A stretch of 60,434 nt of DNA, counting the filler. It is 8 parts of 8 records of this genome, joined end to end, with 100 filler letters (N's around TTAATTAATTAA, not from the genome) between each part and the next. Parts side by side here need not be neighbours in the genome. Positions count along the whole stretch, not along the records: positions 1 to 12,237 come from SRR31147125_29745; 7 more parts are not named here. The stretch is one strand, 5' to 3'. This document shows positions 1 through 9,931 of the stretch, piece by piece. A model generated the notes under the pieces. The model did no database searches and had not been told where the DNA came from. It worked only from the letters and a program-made list of their open reading frames with translations. Each line of letters opens with the position of its first letter. Position 1 is the first letter of the stretch. Both the position numbers and the translations under genes were made by a program.

Positions 1-3
1 AAA

Positions 4-103
4 CGCGCATGAGCAGCTTACTCACAACGATAGGGTGAATGTTCTTGATTGAGTGGGGGCAAGGGCATTCAAAAAGATCGCGTATGAGCAGTTTACCCGC
101 AAC
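4..103. repeat. Imperfect 25-bp direct repeat pair at the contig start
   Basis: CGCGCATGAGCAGCTTACTCACAAC (4-28) vs CGCGTATGAGCAGTTTACCCGCAAC (79-103): 21/25 identical, 50 bp apart. Confidence 0.6.
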
Positions 104-188
104 AAAGTTTGATTGTCTTTGAAAGAGTGCCCCCAAGGTCAATCAAAGAATAATACAATTGCATTCATATTTTTTCTGATTCAAGGGC

Positions 189-1913
189 TCACTTCAAATA
201 GGAAGCCAATTGTCTCAGCTCCTTGGATGAGAGTTGAATCTCATCCAGAAGTTCGAAAAAAAGCGGCTTGTCGATACTCTCCGTCAACGTCACGTCTCCG
301 TTCATGGTCACTGTGAGATTGCCGTTTTGTTGATAGGATACCTGCGTCAGATTCTCCCCGGGGATCACCAGCTTTGATTGCAGGGCCGGCCAGTTTCTCT
401 CCTTGGCCAGATTTCTTGCAAATTGTCCCAATTTACTTTTCATTCCCCAAGGGATATGTTTCAAAATTTTCTTTTCCCACAATTGGCATCGACCGTTTAC
501 AGTCAATCCTTTAGCGTCAAATGTCAAAGCCGTCTCCCTATCCATTGGGGGACGATTGAACCGGTTGGCCATACAGCTCGAGACGGCAAGCAGGCGGTTT
601 TTCTCTTGCGGGCGAATCTCCTCATCCAGAAAACGCCATCCTTGCCATACGCCGCACAAAATCCCGGCAAACAGCATCACCTCGGCGGTAATTGACCACT
701 CCTGCAATAAGTCCTCATCGTCATAAAGGCTCCAGACGCTTTTTGTACGCAATAAAAAGAGTAAAAGCGCCCGCATCATGTCGGAGTGTAACTGGGGATC
801 ATTAAAAAAGTCAGACGGATCGATATGCTGATCAAGGGCGTTTTGAATATCGTCAAATCTTAGGAATAATCGTTGCTTCAGCGCTTCATATGGGGTGGAG
901 GGTGCACTTCTTAAATCGTCACTCTGTTCAAACCGTTTTTTAAGGGCCGCAAGAAAAACGGTGCTGGTCAGCCCCTGGAGGGGATCGATTTCGGTCAGCA
1001 GATGAAGGAGATGCCACAGTAGAATGGCGTCGATATCCTCGGTTTTGACCGGATTGTTCCAAAGCCAGTTGTTTAAAAATTTCAAAGATTTGGGTAGCAA
1101 AGACAACTTCAGATAATCCACCGGAGGCGGTTGAAGAATGTAAGAGAGCAATTTACCTGACTCTGCAACAGGAGGAAGACGCTGAATGAGTACAAAAATG
1201 AGTCCGCCACAGGCATCGGATTTCAAAAAATCAGCGTCGAGAAACGGTTTGGAACTCGGGGAATGGGGCCGGTCCGGGGGCAATTTCGATCTCTCTGAAA
1301 GGGAGGTAATCATCGAAGCCAGGGCGCTCTCCCCTTTCAGTTGGGTAAATTTTTTCGGTTGTACTTTGATGGAAAAGAGCTCCGGGATAAAATTGGAATA
1401 GCGGTACGCAAGAAATCGATGCTTCGCTTCCGAGGATTCGACGAATATCGCTTTGAGTGCGGAGAGGGGAATTCCCCCCCGAAAAAAGATGACCTTGGCG
1501 GACTCGGTTGGGTGCAGCGCAGATGTGATCAACCGGTTTTGATCATCAATGTGAAAATCGACATGCCCCGATACGTCCGACCAGGAAAGTTTGAGGGAGA
1601 GGATGGCAAGATCAATGCCGCTCTCCTCCTTACACTCCGGCAATATTGATGCGGGAACCCGATCGATGAAAAGCGGAATAAGACCCGGTGAGAAGTGAGA
1701 GAGATCCCGGTAATACTTTGAGTATCCTTCCATGGAGTGGATGAGGCCGCTGCTGATCATTGTCTTGAGATTCTCGGTATTGGTTGCCAACAAAATTTCC
1801 TTTGGTTCAAAAGCAGAATGCGGGATATCGTCTTCTATGATCTCTTTTTCTTTTTGCTCTTCCGGGATGGGTGATCCGAAAAGATCTTGAGCATGCTCTT
1901 TGGGGTGACTCAT
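189..1913 (-). CDS. Hypothetical protein (574 aa), last gene of the DISARM-like operon; possible degenerate ADP-ribosyltransferase (DarT-like) N-terminal domain
   Basis: Long ORF co-oriented with and 47 bp downstream of the UvrD-like gene. GGAG upstream. N-terminal segments ATNTENLKTMISSGLI, GLIPLFIDRVP and GGIPLSALKAIFVES. Confidence 0.75.
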   Translation of the reverse strand: MSHPKEHAQDLFGSPIPEEQKEKEIIEDDIPHSAFEPKEILLATNTENLKTMISSGLIHSMEGYSKYYRDLSHFSPGLIPLFIDRVPASILPECKEESGIDLAILSLKLSWSDVSGHVDFHIDDQNRLITSALHPTESAKVIFFRGGIPLSALKAIFVESSEAKHRFLAYRYSNFIPELFSIKVQPKKFTQLKGESALASMITSLSERSKLPPDRPHSPSSKPFLDADFLKSDACGGLIFVLIQRLPPVAESGKLLSYILQPPPVDYLKLSLLPKSLKFLNNWLWNNPVKTEDIDAILLWHLLHLLTEIDPLQGLTSTVFLAALKKRFEQSDDLRSAPSTPYEALKQRLFLRFDDIQNALDQHIDPSDFFNDPQLHSDMMRALLLFLLRTKSVWSLYDDEDLLQEWSITAEVMLFAGILCGVWQGWRFLDEEIRPQEKNRLLAVSSCMANRFNRPPMDRETALTFDAKGLTVNGRCQLWEKKILKHIPWGMKSKLGQFARNLAKERNWPALQSKLVIPGENLTQVSYQQNGNLTVTMNGDVTLTESIDKPLFFELLDEIQLSSKELRQLASYLK

Positions 1914-1960
1914 TGCAGGGCTCCATTATTGGATTTGATTGTCATTGATGGTTCACGTTG

Positions 1961-3148
1961 TTATCCGTTGGGGGATGAGTGGGGTGGGGGATCTTTAGAC
2001 TCCAGCGCGGGGCTTCTCGGTTCCGGCCAATATCTCAATATCCCGGGATCGGTGGGAAACGTCTCCAATATTCGACGACATTTGGTGGGATCGGCGTGAC
2101 GGTTCATGAGGATGAAGAGCTGTTCCCTGGCTCGGGAGGTCAGCACGTACATCTGTTTTTTAAACGCCTCCATATCCTTAGAAGAGAAGTAATACTGGTC
2201 CAGTTCGGCAATGAACACCTCATCGAACTCCAACCCTTTGGCACTCTGGCAATTGAGTACCACGATTCCCCCTTGATCAAAGGGGATGGGGTGGTTCTTT
2301 CGACCGAGATTTCCGGCATAGGTGTGAATGGAGGGGCCGCCTTTTTGTTTCAGGGCCTGATAATAAAGATCCCGAAGCCTGTTGTTGGGCAACAAGACGG
2401 CAATCAGGCGATGGGGATGGATGCGGTGTCGTCGGAAAATGCGATCGATCAAAGTATGTCGGTTGGGAAAATCCACCAGTAAGGGGATCTCGCCGTTTCT
2501 CGTGGGAAGCTCCGGTGGTTTGGCTGTGGTGCCGCTGTAGAAATACTGGGCCAGCATGGCGATCTGACGGGTGTTTCGAAAGTTGTGGGTTAACTCAAAG
2601 CAAAATTCCCGCCCAACGTCCAGCATCTCTTTGATATCCTTCAGACAAGAGTTGGTGGCCCAGATTTGTTGATTTTCATCGGCGGAGACAACGATCTTTT
2701 GAAAGTGTTCATCCATGAACTCATAGAACCGAGGGGGCATATCCTGCCCCTCATCGATGAGAACAGCGGCGTTTTCCTCGGGATCCGGCTCCTGCCGATC
2801 CATCTCTGCCATGATTTTGTCCCAATTGTATTCAAACGGTCCGGACCGGGGGAGCGATTTTCCATAAACTTGGGAGAAGAAATGTTTAAACCAGGTGTGC
2901 CAGGTTTGGATCTGGATGTGAGGAAGCAGCCCCAGGGACATTTGCTGGAGCATCCGCGTATATAAAAGACAGAAGCACGCCTTTTTGTCTTGACTCAGGG
3001 TATCGGCAAACAGCAGCACAATCACCGATTTCCCGGTTCCCGGCGCACCGGAGAGAATGGCTCTGTCGGTTTGCTGCAGTTTCCGTAAAATACGGTCCTG
3101 CTCTTTACTGAGCTCGAGATATGTGGGAAGCCTGAATCGTCTTTTCAT
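1961..3148 (-). CDS. Compact superfamily-1 (UvrD/Rep-like) helicase/ATPase
   Basis: Walker A GAPGTGKS, Walker B LIDEGQD, plus LTHNFRNT, SAKGLEFDEV and YVLTSRAREQL. Start taken at MKRRF; a TTG start at 3163 is also possible. Confidence 0.88.
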   Translation of the reverse strand: MKRRFRLPTYLELSKEQDRILRKLQQTDRAILSGAPGTGKSVIVLLFADTLSQDKKACFCLLYTRMLQQMSLGLLPHIQIQTWHTWFKHFFSQVYGKSLPRSGPFEYNWDKIMAEMDRQEPDPEENAAVLIDEGQDMPPRFYEFMDEHFQKIVVSADENQQIWATNSCLKDIKEMLDVGREFCFELTHNFRNTRQIAMLAQYFYSGTTAKPPELPTRNGEIPLLVDFPNRHTLIDRIFRRHRIHPHRLIAVLLPNNRLRDLYYQALKQKGGPSIHTYAGNLGRKNHPIPFDQGGIVVLNCQSAKGLEFDEVFIAELDQYYFSSKDMEAFKKQMYVLTSRAREQLFILMNRHADPTKCRRILETFPTDPGILRYWPEPRSPALESKDPPPHSSPNG

Positions 3149-3258
3149 GTAAACCCGGTTCAAAAGAATTGGTTATGAGTGGGAAAGGTATTGCGTCCCC
3201 ATTCCTTTAATACGCCTCTTTAAAATTGGAGAAGGGCAGTCGGTTGACTTGCCAATGG

Positions 3259-5271
3259 TTATCCATGGGTTGGATGATCTTGAACATATTGCAAAAGCCC
3301 CTGAATATTTCCCTGCCTGCCGCTGCCGATGAGAAACTGCCTGTCCAGCAAACAGTTGTTGAAAATACAGCTCACTTCCGGGAGTAGGGTGCAGCCGTGG
3401 CAAGCAGCCCGATTCAACTGATCCGGCCCTTGGCCTTCATGCTCGGCGCAGATGGGATCATAAGTGCAGGTGGCGGCATTTTCCATGGCTTTCAGCCACA
3501 GCTTGATGAATCGATCCGGAGTGCCGTGGGCCGCAAGGCCCCCCAACGATCCCATTTTGTTGGGCACGGCTACGTAGATGAGAATACCGCTCATTGGGGA
3601 TGTTTCATCAAATGAGCAGAAGATCTTCTCCCGGATGGATGAGGCCGGATATCCGGCATTGAATTCCAGCTGTTTAATGAGAAGATGGGCGATTGTATGC
3701 AGGAGAATCATCCGCGGGGATGGGGCGGGAAGATGGGTTCTCAGAAAGGAGCGCTTGGTTCTTTTTGCCAGGGCTGCCGCTCTGGCTTTGACGGACGTCT
3801 GATCTTCCCACTGCTTGAGGATACCCTCATCCATGGAGAAAAAGATCCCTTCCCCGTAAAGCTCACATGCCGGGAGCCAATCGGTGGGGGTATCCATTCC
3901 GGGACGGATAAGTTTACGTTTGTCTGCATCGCTCGCCTGGTAGCGCCTGAAGCCGCAAAAGACCTGCACCTCTCTCACCCGTTTGACGATCACGAGTTGG
4001 TTGATGAGCATGGCCCACATCAGAAACTTATGGGAAAAATGACCGCTGATTCTGCATTTGTCCTGCAGGGCTTGCCAGGCTTTGGTTTGGTGCTCGGTGA
4101 TGAATCGTTCATATTCCTTGAAATCGTCATATCGGGTGGAAAGGGCATTGTATTCGGCCGCAAGCATATCTTCCATATTGCCCATGCCCGTCTCTTCCAT
4201 GCTTGAGGTTTCGGAGTCTTTCACAATATCATTGACGTTGGGCCAGCCGTTTTCAAGATCATCCAGGGCATCATGGAGATTTTCCCTGGAGACGCCCAAC
4301 AGTCTTGCCGTGGCTTTGATGAGCCGTCGATATTTACTTCTGTCGATTTTTTGAAACGGTTTCAAAAAATGCCATCCATCCAGTTGACCGATTCTGGCAC
4401 GGATGTCATGCTCATCGATTCGTGATTCCGGAGGGATATCCAGGGCCGAGATCACTTCGGGAAGGTGCACCCGCACGTCAGTCACTTTGACGGCGATGGG
4501 CGGGGTTTCCATCGCTTCTACGGACACACGTTCCAATCGCCAGGGTTGCGTCCTCATCTCGTTCAACTTGGCAAAGAAGTGCCTGTTCCGGATACCGCTG
4601 AGATTCCTGGGTTCAGCTCCGCAGTGTCGGCATCGGATTTCCAGTTGGCCCCGTCGATTTCGGTTGAGGTAAAGCTGATCTTTGATCGTACACCTTTGGT
4701 GTCGGCTGGAATTTTCACCTCCATCCGCCTTCCCATTGTCATTCCCTTTAACGTGCTCCATATGGGCCAGAAAGTGCCAGGGAATGTCATCCAGATGCCC
4801 ATCATCGGAGATCAGTACCCATGTAACGAACTCCAGTTTTCCGTTGCAGTTATCCGATTGGCATGAAAGCTGTTCCACGGAATCGACTTTCAGGCCGTAT
4901 TTTTTTTCATGAAAAACCCATGGCAGATAATGAAGACGGCCGCACTTCAGGCAGTGCATCCAGGAAGGGAACCGCACCGAAGGAATCCGGTGTCCCCGGA
5001 TCTTTTCCAGGCCGGTGAATGGGTCTTTCATCACTGAGAAGGTGGGGGCGGAAAGCAGGGTGACATCGGAAAAACCCTCCGCTTCGAGCTTGGCTTTCAA
5101 GTGGGTTCGGATGAGGGGGATGGGGGTGCCGAAAGGGGAGCCGTCCCGATCCGTCCAGAAGGTGATGTCGCAGGGGACAAAGCATTCGCTACCGGCCCTG
5201 CAGACGGCACCGACAGCACACTCTCTGATGGTTTTGGTTTGTCCGATTGTGATGAGGTCTTGGGTCATCAA
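3259..5271 (-). CDS. drmB: DUF1998-domain protein, DISARM DrmB-like
   Basis: C-terminal LLHTIAHLLIKQL...GYPASSIREKIF...GSLGGL...CTYDPIC...AACHGC..LPEVSC..NN..LDR, plus N-terminal CxxC pairs. Lies directly downstream of a DrmA-like helicase. Confidence 0.88.
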   Translation of the reverse strand: MMTQDLITIGQTKTIRECAVGAVCRAGSECFVPCDITFWTDRDGSPFGTPIPLIRTHLKAKLEAEGFSDVTLLSAPTFSVMKDPFTGLEKIRGHRIPSVRFPSWMHCLKCGRLHYLPWVFHEKKYGLKVDSVEQLSCQSDNCNGKLEFVTWVLISDDGHLDDIPWHFLAHMEHVKGNDNGKADGGENSSRHQRCTIKDQLYLNRNRRGQLEIRCRHCGAEPRNLSGIRNRHFFAKLNEMRTQPWRLERVSVEAMETPPIAVKVTDVRVHLPEVISALDIPPESRIDEHDIRARIGQLDGWHFLKPFQKIDRSKYRRLIKATARLLGVSRENLHDALDDLENGWPNVNDIVKDSETSSMEETGMGNMEDMLAAEYNALSTRYDDFKEYERFITEHQTKAWQALQDKCRISGHFSHKFLMWAMLINQLVIVKRVREVQVFCGFRRYQASDADKRKLIRPGMDTPTDWLPACELYGEGIFFSMDEGILKQWEDQTSVKARAAALAKRTKRSFLRTHLPAPSPRMILLHTIAHLLIKQLEFNAGYPASSIREKIFCSFDETSPMSGILIYVAVPNKMGSLGGLAAHGTPDRFIKLWLKAMENAATCTYDPICAEHEGQGPDQLNRAACHGCTLLPEVSCIFNNCLLDRQFLIGSGRQGNIQGLLQYVQDHPTHG

Positions 5272-5413
5272 ACACTCTTTTGCTCTGCACGATGAGATCG
5301 TCGTTGATTATGACTTGGATCGGTTGTCCAACCAATTTGAAATAGCTTGATATCCACCGGCACCGTGCATTCCGACGGCTGAGTCAAATACTTTGACGAT
5401 TCTCCAATGTCAT

Positions 5414-8400
5414 TCAACGGGGTGCCACAAAAACAATGCCGCATGGTTCATCCACCTGCCGCATGGATTGCAAGGTTGTCCAGCTTTTTTCCTTTTCCGC
5501 AGATGTCCCCTTGGACGTGGGTTCACCTTGGGCATGGGAGTCTTCTCGGTATCGATGATCATTGGGTGTCACCAGCAGAGGAAATTTATCCCTGCGATTG
5601 GGCGGGGTCTCGTACTGAAGGGGGTTCATGTCCCAGCCGTCCCGACCGCTCAGCTCGTCCCAATGGAACAGTAGATGATCCAGATGCGCCTTGGTCTGTT
5701 TGTACTGGCCCGGCGACGCTTTTTTGCATCGCTCAAGAAGCCGATCAACAGCGGTTTTAATGAGATCATTGTCCATGTCCATCCGGTTGGCCATGTCGTT
5801 TTCCAACAGTCCGGCCCCATGGCGCATCACAATGACCAGTGCGGCATGGAGGGCCCGCTGCCGAGCCGGTGCCGAGAACGGCGTGAGGCTCGTTGGTTCC
5901 ACAAATCGATAAAACGACTCATGATAAGCCCGAAAGTTTTCAAAGTGGGACATATCCCGGGCATGATTTCGAAGAAAATGGGTCACCACGATGCCGGGGA
6001 CGTTGCCCCGTCCCACACGGCTTCCGGCCTGGATGTACTCGCCGGTGGTAAAGGGCTGCCCGTTGATTACCATCAGCCCGAGCCGTGAGATATCCAAGCC
6101 CACGGAGACCATATTGGTACAGAGTAAAAGGGAGATGGCCCGGTTGTTTTCATGGCTGTAGTTCACTTCCAGATCCGATAGGTATTTTCGGATTTCGCGG
6201 GCATTTCGATTGCTGGTGAGCTCTGCAATCCCTGATTCGGAATAGAGGCCGCGAAAAGCGATGAATCGATCCGCCATTCGTTCTTTGTACCTTTCGCTCT
6301 GCTTGGGAAGAGATGGGATGGACGATTCTGATGGTGGAGACGCTTCGTCGACAAATGTGTCACAAAATTGTTGAAACTGACCGGCCAGAGTATCGGTGCG
6401 TCCGTTATGTTCATCCAGCAGGGTGTGGATGAAGTAGTTGAGATATTTGCTCACCTCATCGCCAATGAGATTGTGAGTGATACCCAGCCCCCGCAGGCTG
6501 CCGTGGTAGGCCACCAGGGTCCACCATGCATCCCGGACCGCCTCGTCGGTTTCATTCCAGATGGACGGGGCGGCAAAAAGGGCGGCGCCAAGGGGGGCAA
6601 AGGATTCGGTGCGACCCAGTTTGGGGGCGAAGTACCCGATATAGCGGCGTCCGGGGCTTTTGGTGTCCACCTTGGCAAAGAAGGAATCGCTCCAGTTCAA
6701 TCCCGGTGGAGGAAAAATGGCCGCTTTTCTGGCATAGAGCTTTTGAATCTGCTCCCTTGCATTCCGGATGGTGGCGGTGGAGGCGATATATTTGGGGTTG
6801 TGATTCTTGAGCGCAAATACCGTATCAAAGCCTGCCTCATACAGGCCGGAAATGGTGCCCAGCTCACCGGCAATGAGATGCAGCTCATCTTGGATGATCA
6901 GGTCGGGTGGGCGGAAAGTGGTACCGAAGAAGACGCTGGTTTCCTTTTTCCAGGTGACCATGGCAAACTTGTCGATGGTGGCCAGCAAAAGGGTCGGAGG
7001 ATGATCATAGAGATGCTGATCCACGACATTGACGGGTAAAACCGGTTCATCGTCGCCGCCAAAATCACAATCGGGATTGGTGCAGATAAATGCAAAGGTC
7101 TCTAAATCACCGTAAAAGTTGGATTTTTTGGGATCTTCGTTCATCTGAAGCTCTCTTTGGCACCATGGGCATTGGGTGATCACCAAATTTTCCAAACCGT
7201 GACCGTCGGCGGCAAGGGCATTGTCCAGGATTTGCTTGGCAGTGTAGTAGGAGTTCGGCGAACTGGCCCCCCCGACCCACAATCCCGCCGTGATGGGAAT
7301 ATCTCCCAGCTGCTCGGGATGTTTCCGCCTGAGCAGCTCCAGTGCGCAGATCACCACCGATGCCCGTTGAAACTGCTGAATGGTGAGAAGCCGCAGCGTA
7401 TACCGCATGATCACGGTGGTTCCTGCCCCGTCATCGGGATGGCACAGCCGCCGGTAGGTCACCAGGAAAGAGATGATGGCAAGGTAGGCTTCGGTCTTTC
7501 CGCCGCCGGTCTGAAACCAGAGTAGATCCACCAGGTCCCGGTCGGGGTCTTTCTCATGGATGATGGAGGGCATCACCTGCAGCAGAAATCCCAGCTGAAA
7601 GGGGCGCCAGAGGGGATCATCGATATGTCTGGTTTTCATATAATCGATCATGGCGATATGGGCCAGGGAAAAGGCTGCGGCCACCATGGGATCGCTCAAA
7701 AGTCGGATGCCTTCATTCATTCGTCGGGATGCCCGGCGGATCGGTTTCAAAAGGGAGGCAGCCGTTATTTGCTGATCCGGATTCAATTTTAAAGCACTCT
7801 TTTCGAGGCCCCCAATCCAGTGGTCATAGGAATGGATCAACTCCAAAAGAGCGGTTTGAACGGTTTTAGGCACTGATTTTGTTTCAGCCAATGTTGAGAG
7901 ACGCAAAATGTCCGGGTTCAGCTCCCGAACGTCTGTTTTCATCAGCGGCACGTCACAGGAAGGAAGAAACGCAGCCCGAATGGTCGTCACCCGGTCGTCG
8001 GCATCGCTCTTCCAATCGGGAGAAACGCCGTGACCAATGGCATAGATGGTTTTGTCGGAGTAGAGCAGGGCAAACTGTCGCTCTTCTTCATCCAGTTGAA
8101 AGATGTCGCTGTTCGGGTAGGGGTATATGTCACCGGCTGTGGCCGTACACTCAAAAGAGAGCTGAAACAGGTGGGTGGCTTCCCAGGCATCTCCGGACAG
8201 ATCCTTCGAAAGAGCGGTGTTGACCACTGAAATGGTTACAATGAAACCGTTCAGTGTCGATTCCGGACGCCATTTGACATGAAGGGTATCAACATGAGGG
8301 CCTTTATCACTTCCGTCATCATCAATATTGAGGGAGCTGTCGCATATATTGAGGGCGTGGTCGGATAAAATGGGCAGCTTCTCTTCAAACAACGCCATTT

Positions 8401-8941
8401 CATTCGGGGCCTTCAATGTGATGATATCTTCATGATCTTCCGTGCGATCCGGAAGCGGACGGCGTTGCCAAATGGAATGGGATGAATGGGAACCCGCTCC
8501 ATCTTCCCCGAATTGTTTAGGCGCTTTCAGCTTTGAATAGCGGGCCGCTTTGATGATGATATCGAGCGCGATATCGCGACTCACAAAAAACGACAAGCCC
8601 ACACCGGACGGGGGACGATAGTAGCAAGGGCCTCCGACTTGTCCCGCTTTTTTTTGAGTGCGGGTCCGGCCTTCCGAGACTTCGTTGTTCTCCCAGGGGC
8701 TTTCCTCATCTTCGTCTGTGAAGTCGGCGTTGAGGTCTTTATCAGCCAGATCCAAATCCGGATCATCGGGAAGACGTCCATAGAGAAGTCCACATTGGTA
8801 CATCTCCGATGGTCGCATGTAGAGGATCTCTTCATTGTGAGTCGTTGAGGTGTCGGAAGGACGCACAAATGGTCCGACGAGGCATCGTTCAAGCCACTGT
8901 TCGATGTCGGTGCGTACGGTATGTAACTCTTTGGGCGGCAT
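5414..8941 (-). CDS. drmA: Superfamily-2 helicase, DISARM DrmA-like (1175 aa)
   Basis: WRPFQLGF, LLWFQTGGGKTEAYL, MRYTLRLLTIQQFQRA, CPWC/CxxxxC Zn motif, IQDELH, ASTAT, TNMVSVGLDISRLG, EYIQAGSRVGR. Confidence 0.9.
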   Translation of the reverse strand: MPPKELHTVRTDIEQWLERCLVGPFVRPSDTSTTHNEEILYMRPSEMYQCGLLYGRLPDDPDLDLADKDLNADFTDEDEESPWENNEVSEGRTRTQKKAGQVGGPCYYRPPSGVGLSFFVSRDIALDIIIKAARYSKLKAPKQFGEDGAGSHSSHSIWQRRPLPDRTEDHEDIITLKAPNEMALFEEKLPILSDHALNICDSSLNIDDDGSDKGPHVDTLHVKWRPESTLNGFIVTISVVNTALSKDLSGDAWEATHLFQLSFECTATAGDIYPYPNSDIFQLDEEERQFALLYSDKTIYAIGHGVSPDWKSDADDRVTTIRAAFLPSCDVPLMKTDVRELNPDILRLSTLAETKSVPKTVQTALLELIHSYDHWIGGLEKSALKLNPDQQITAASLLKPIRRASRRMNEGIRLLSDPMVAAAFSLAHIAMIDYMKTRHIDDPLWRPFQLGFLLQVMPSIIHEKDPDRDLVDLLWFQTGGGKTEAYLAIISFLVTYRRLCHPDDGAGTTVIMRYTLRLLTIQQFQRASVVICALELLRRKHPEQLGDIPITAGLWVGGASSPNSYYTAKQILDNALAADGHGLENLVITQCPWCQRELQMNEDPKKSNFYGDLETFAFICTNPDCDFGGDDEPVLPVNVVDQHLYDHPPTLLLATIDKFAMVTWKKETSVFFGTTFRPPDLIIQDELHLIAGELGTISGLYEAGFDTVFALKNHNPKYIASTATIRNAREQIQKLYARKAAIFPPPGLNWSDSFFAKVDTKSPGRRYIGYFAPKLGRTESFAPLGAALFAAPSIWNETDEAVRDAWWTLVAYHGSLRGLGITHNLIGDEVSKYLNYFIHTLLDEHNGRTDTLAGQFQQFCDTFVDEASPPSESSIPSLPKQSERYKERMADRFIAFRGLYSESGIAELTSNRNAREIRKYLSDLEVNYSHENNRAISLLLCTNMVSVGLDISRLGLMVINGQPFTTGEYIQAGSRVGRGNVPGIVVTHFLRNHARDMSHFENFRAYHESFYRFVEPTSLTPFSAPARQRALHAALVIVMRHGAGLLENDMANRMDMDNDLIKTAVDRLLERCKKASPGQYKQTKAHLDHLLFHWDELSGRDGWDMNPLQYETPPNRRDKFPLLVTPNDHRYREDSHAQGEPTSKGTSAEKEKSWTTLQSMRQVDEPCGIVFVAPR

Positions 8942-9213
8942 AGACGGTCTTGTATCTTGGTTCGCTTTGGAAATGAAAAATAAAAAGTGATTCTTTCTAA
9001 GGTCAATCCCTATTTGAATGATGTAAATCTCTTGCTATTTAAAATGGTTACTTATCAATACCTCAAAGTTGAGGATACTATGCATTTTTTTTCTGAATTA
9101 ATCAATAGATTCGGAAACCGCTTTCTGATATTTCTTCCCGATGTTCATTACCAAAATTTTAATATGGAAAAATGGAACAGCCGGTAGGGGAAAGAATCAG
9201 TAGGGGAGAAATA

Positions 9214-9882
9214 ATGTCGACGGGTTATTTTGTACATGAGTCAAGTTATGTGGATGAGGGGGCTGTGATTGGCAATGGAACGAAAATTTGGCATTTCTCC
9301 CATATCATGCCGGGAGCTGTCATTGGGGCCCGGTGCAATTTCGGGCAGAATGTCAATGTGGATGGCGGGGTGACCATTGGAAACCGCGTAAAGGTACAGA
9401 ACAATGTCTCCATCTATTCAGGAACCACCATCGAAGATGATGTGTTCCTGGGGCCTTCCTGCGTGTTGACCAATGTCTCCAACCCGCGAAGCCAGATTAA
9501 CCGTCATGCGTTGTACGAAAAGACAGTGATCCGGCGGGGAGCGTCCATTGGTGCCAATGCCACCATTGTCTGCGGGGTGACCATCGGCAGATATGCCTTG
9601 ATAGGGGCAGGCGCCGTGGTTACGGATGACGTCCCGGACTATGCGCTCATTGCAGGGGTGCCCGGACGTCGGATGGGCTGGGTCTCCCGACACGGTCATC
9701 GGTTGGTGCATGAAGATGCGCAGGGAATTCGAGTGTGTCCGGAGAGCGAATATCGGTATCAGTTGAATGCCCAAGGGATTATGAAATGTCTTGATCTGGA
9801 TGAAGAGTCCCCTTTGCCGGAATTTTTGGCAAAAGGGGAAAAAGATTATCAGCATTTCAAAAATATTGGGCAGATCAGATAG
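9214..9882 (+). CDS. Hexapeptide-repeat sugar N-acetyltransferase (WbpD/WlbB-like)
   Basis: HESSYVDEGAVIGNGTKIWHFSHI...GQNV...NNVSIY...GPSCVLTNV.NPRS; left-handed beta-helix repeats; GGGGAG RBS. Confidence 0.9.
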   Translation: MSTGYFVHESSYVDEGAVIGNGTKIWHFSHIMPGAVIGARCNFGQNVNVDGGVTIGNRVKVQNNVSIYSGTTIEDDVFLGPSCVLTNVSNPRSQINRHALYEKTVIRRGASIGANATIVCGVTIGRYALIGAGAVVTDDVPDYALIAGVPGRRMGWVSRHGHRLVHEDAQGIRVCPESEYRYQLNAQGIMKCLDLDEESPLPEFLAKGEKDYQHFKNIGQIR

Positions 9883-9931
9883 GGAAATTGAACGGTCGAA
9901 AGTTAGACGACTGAAAAACGGGGGAAAGTTT

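Noticed and set aside
4-103. CRISPR array
   Set aside because: Only two imperfect copies, a 50-bp gap and no cas genes; kept only as an unexplained repeat.
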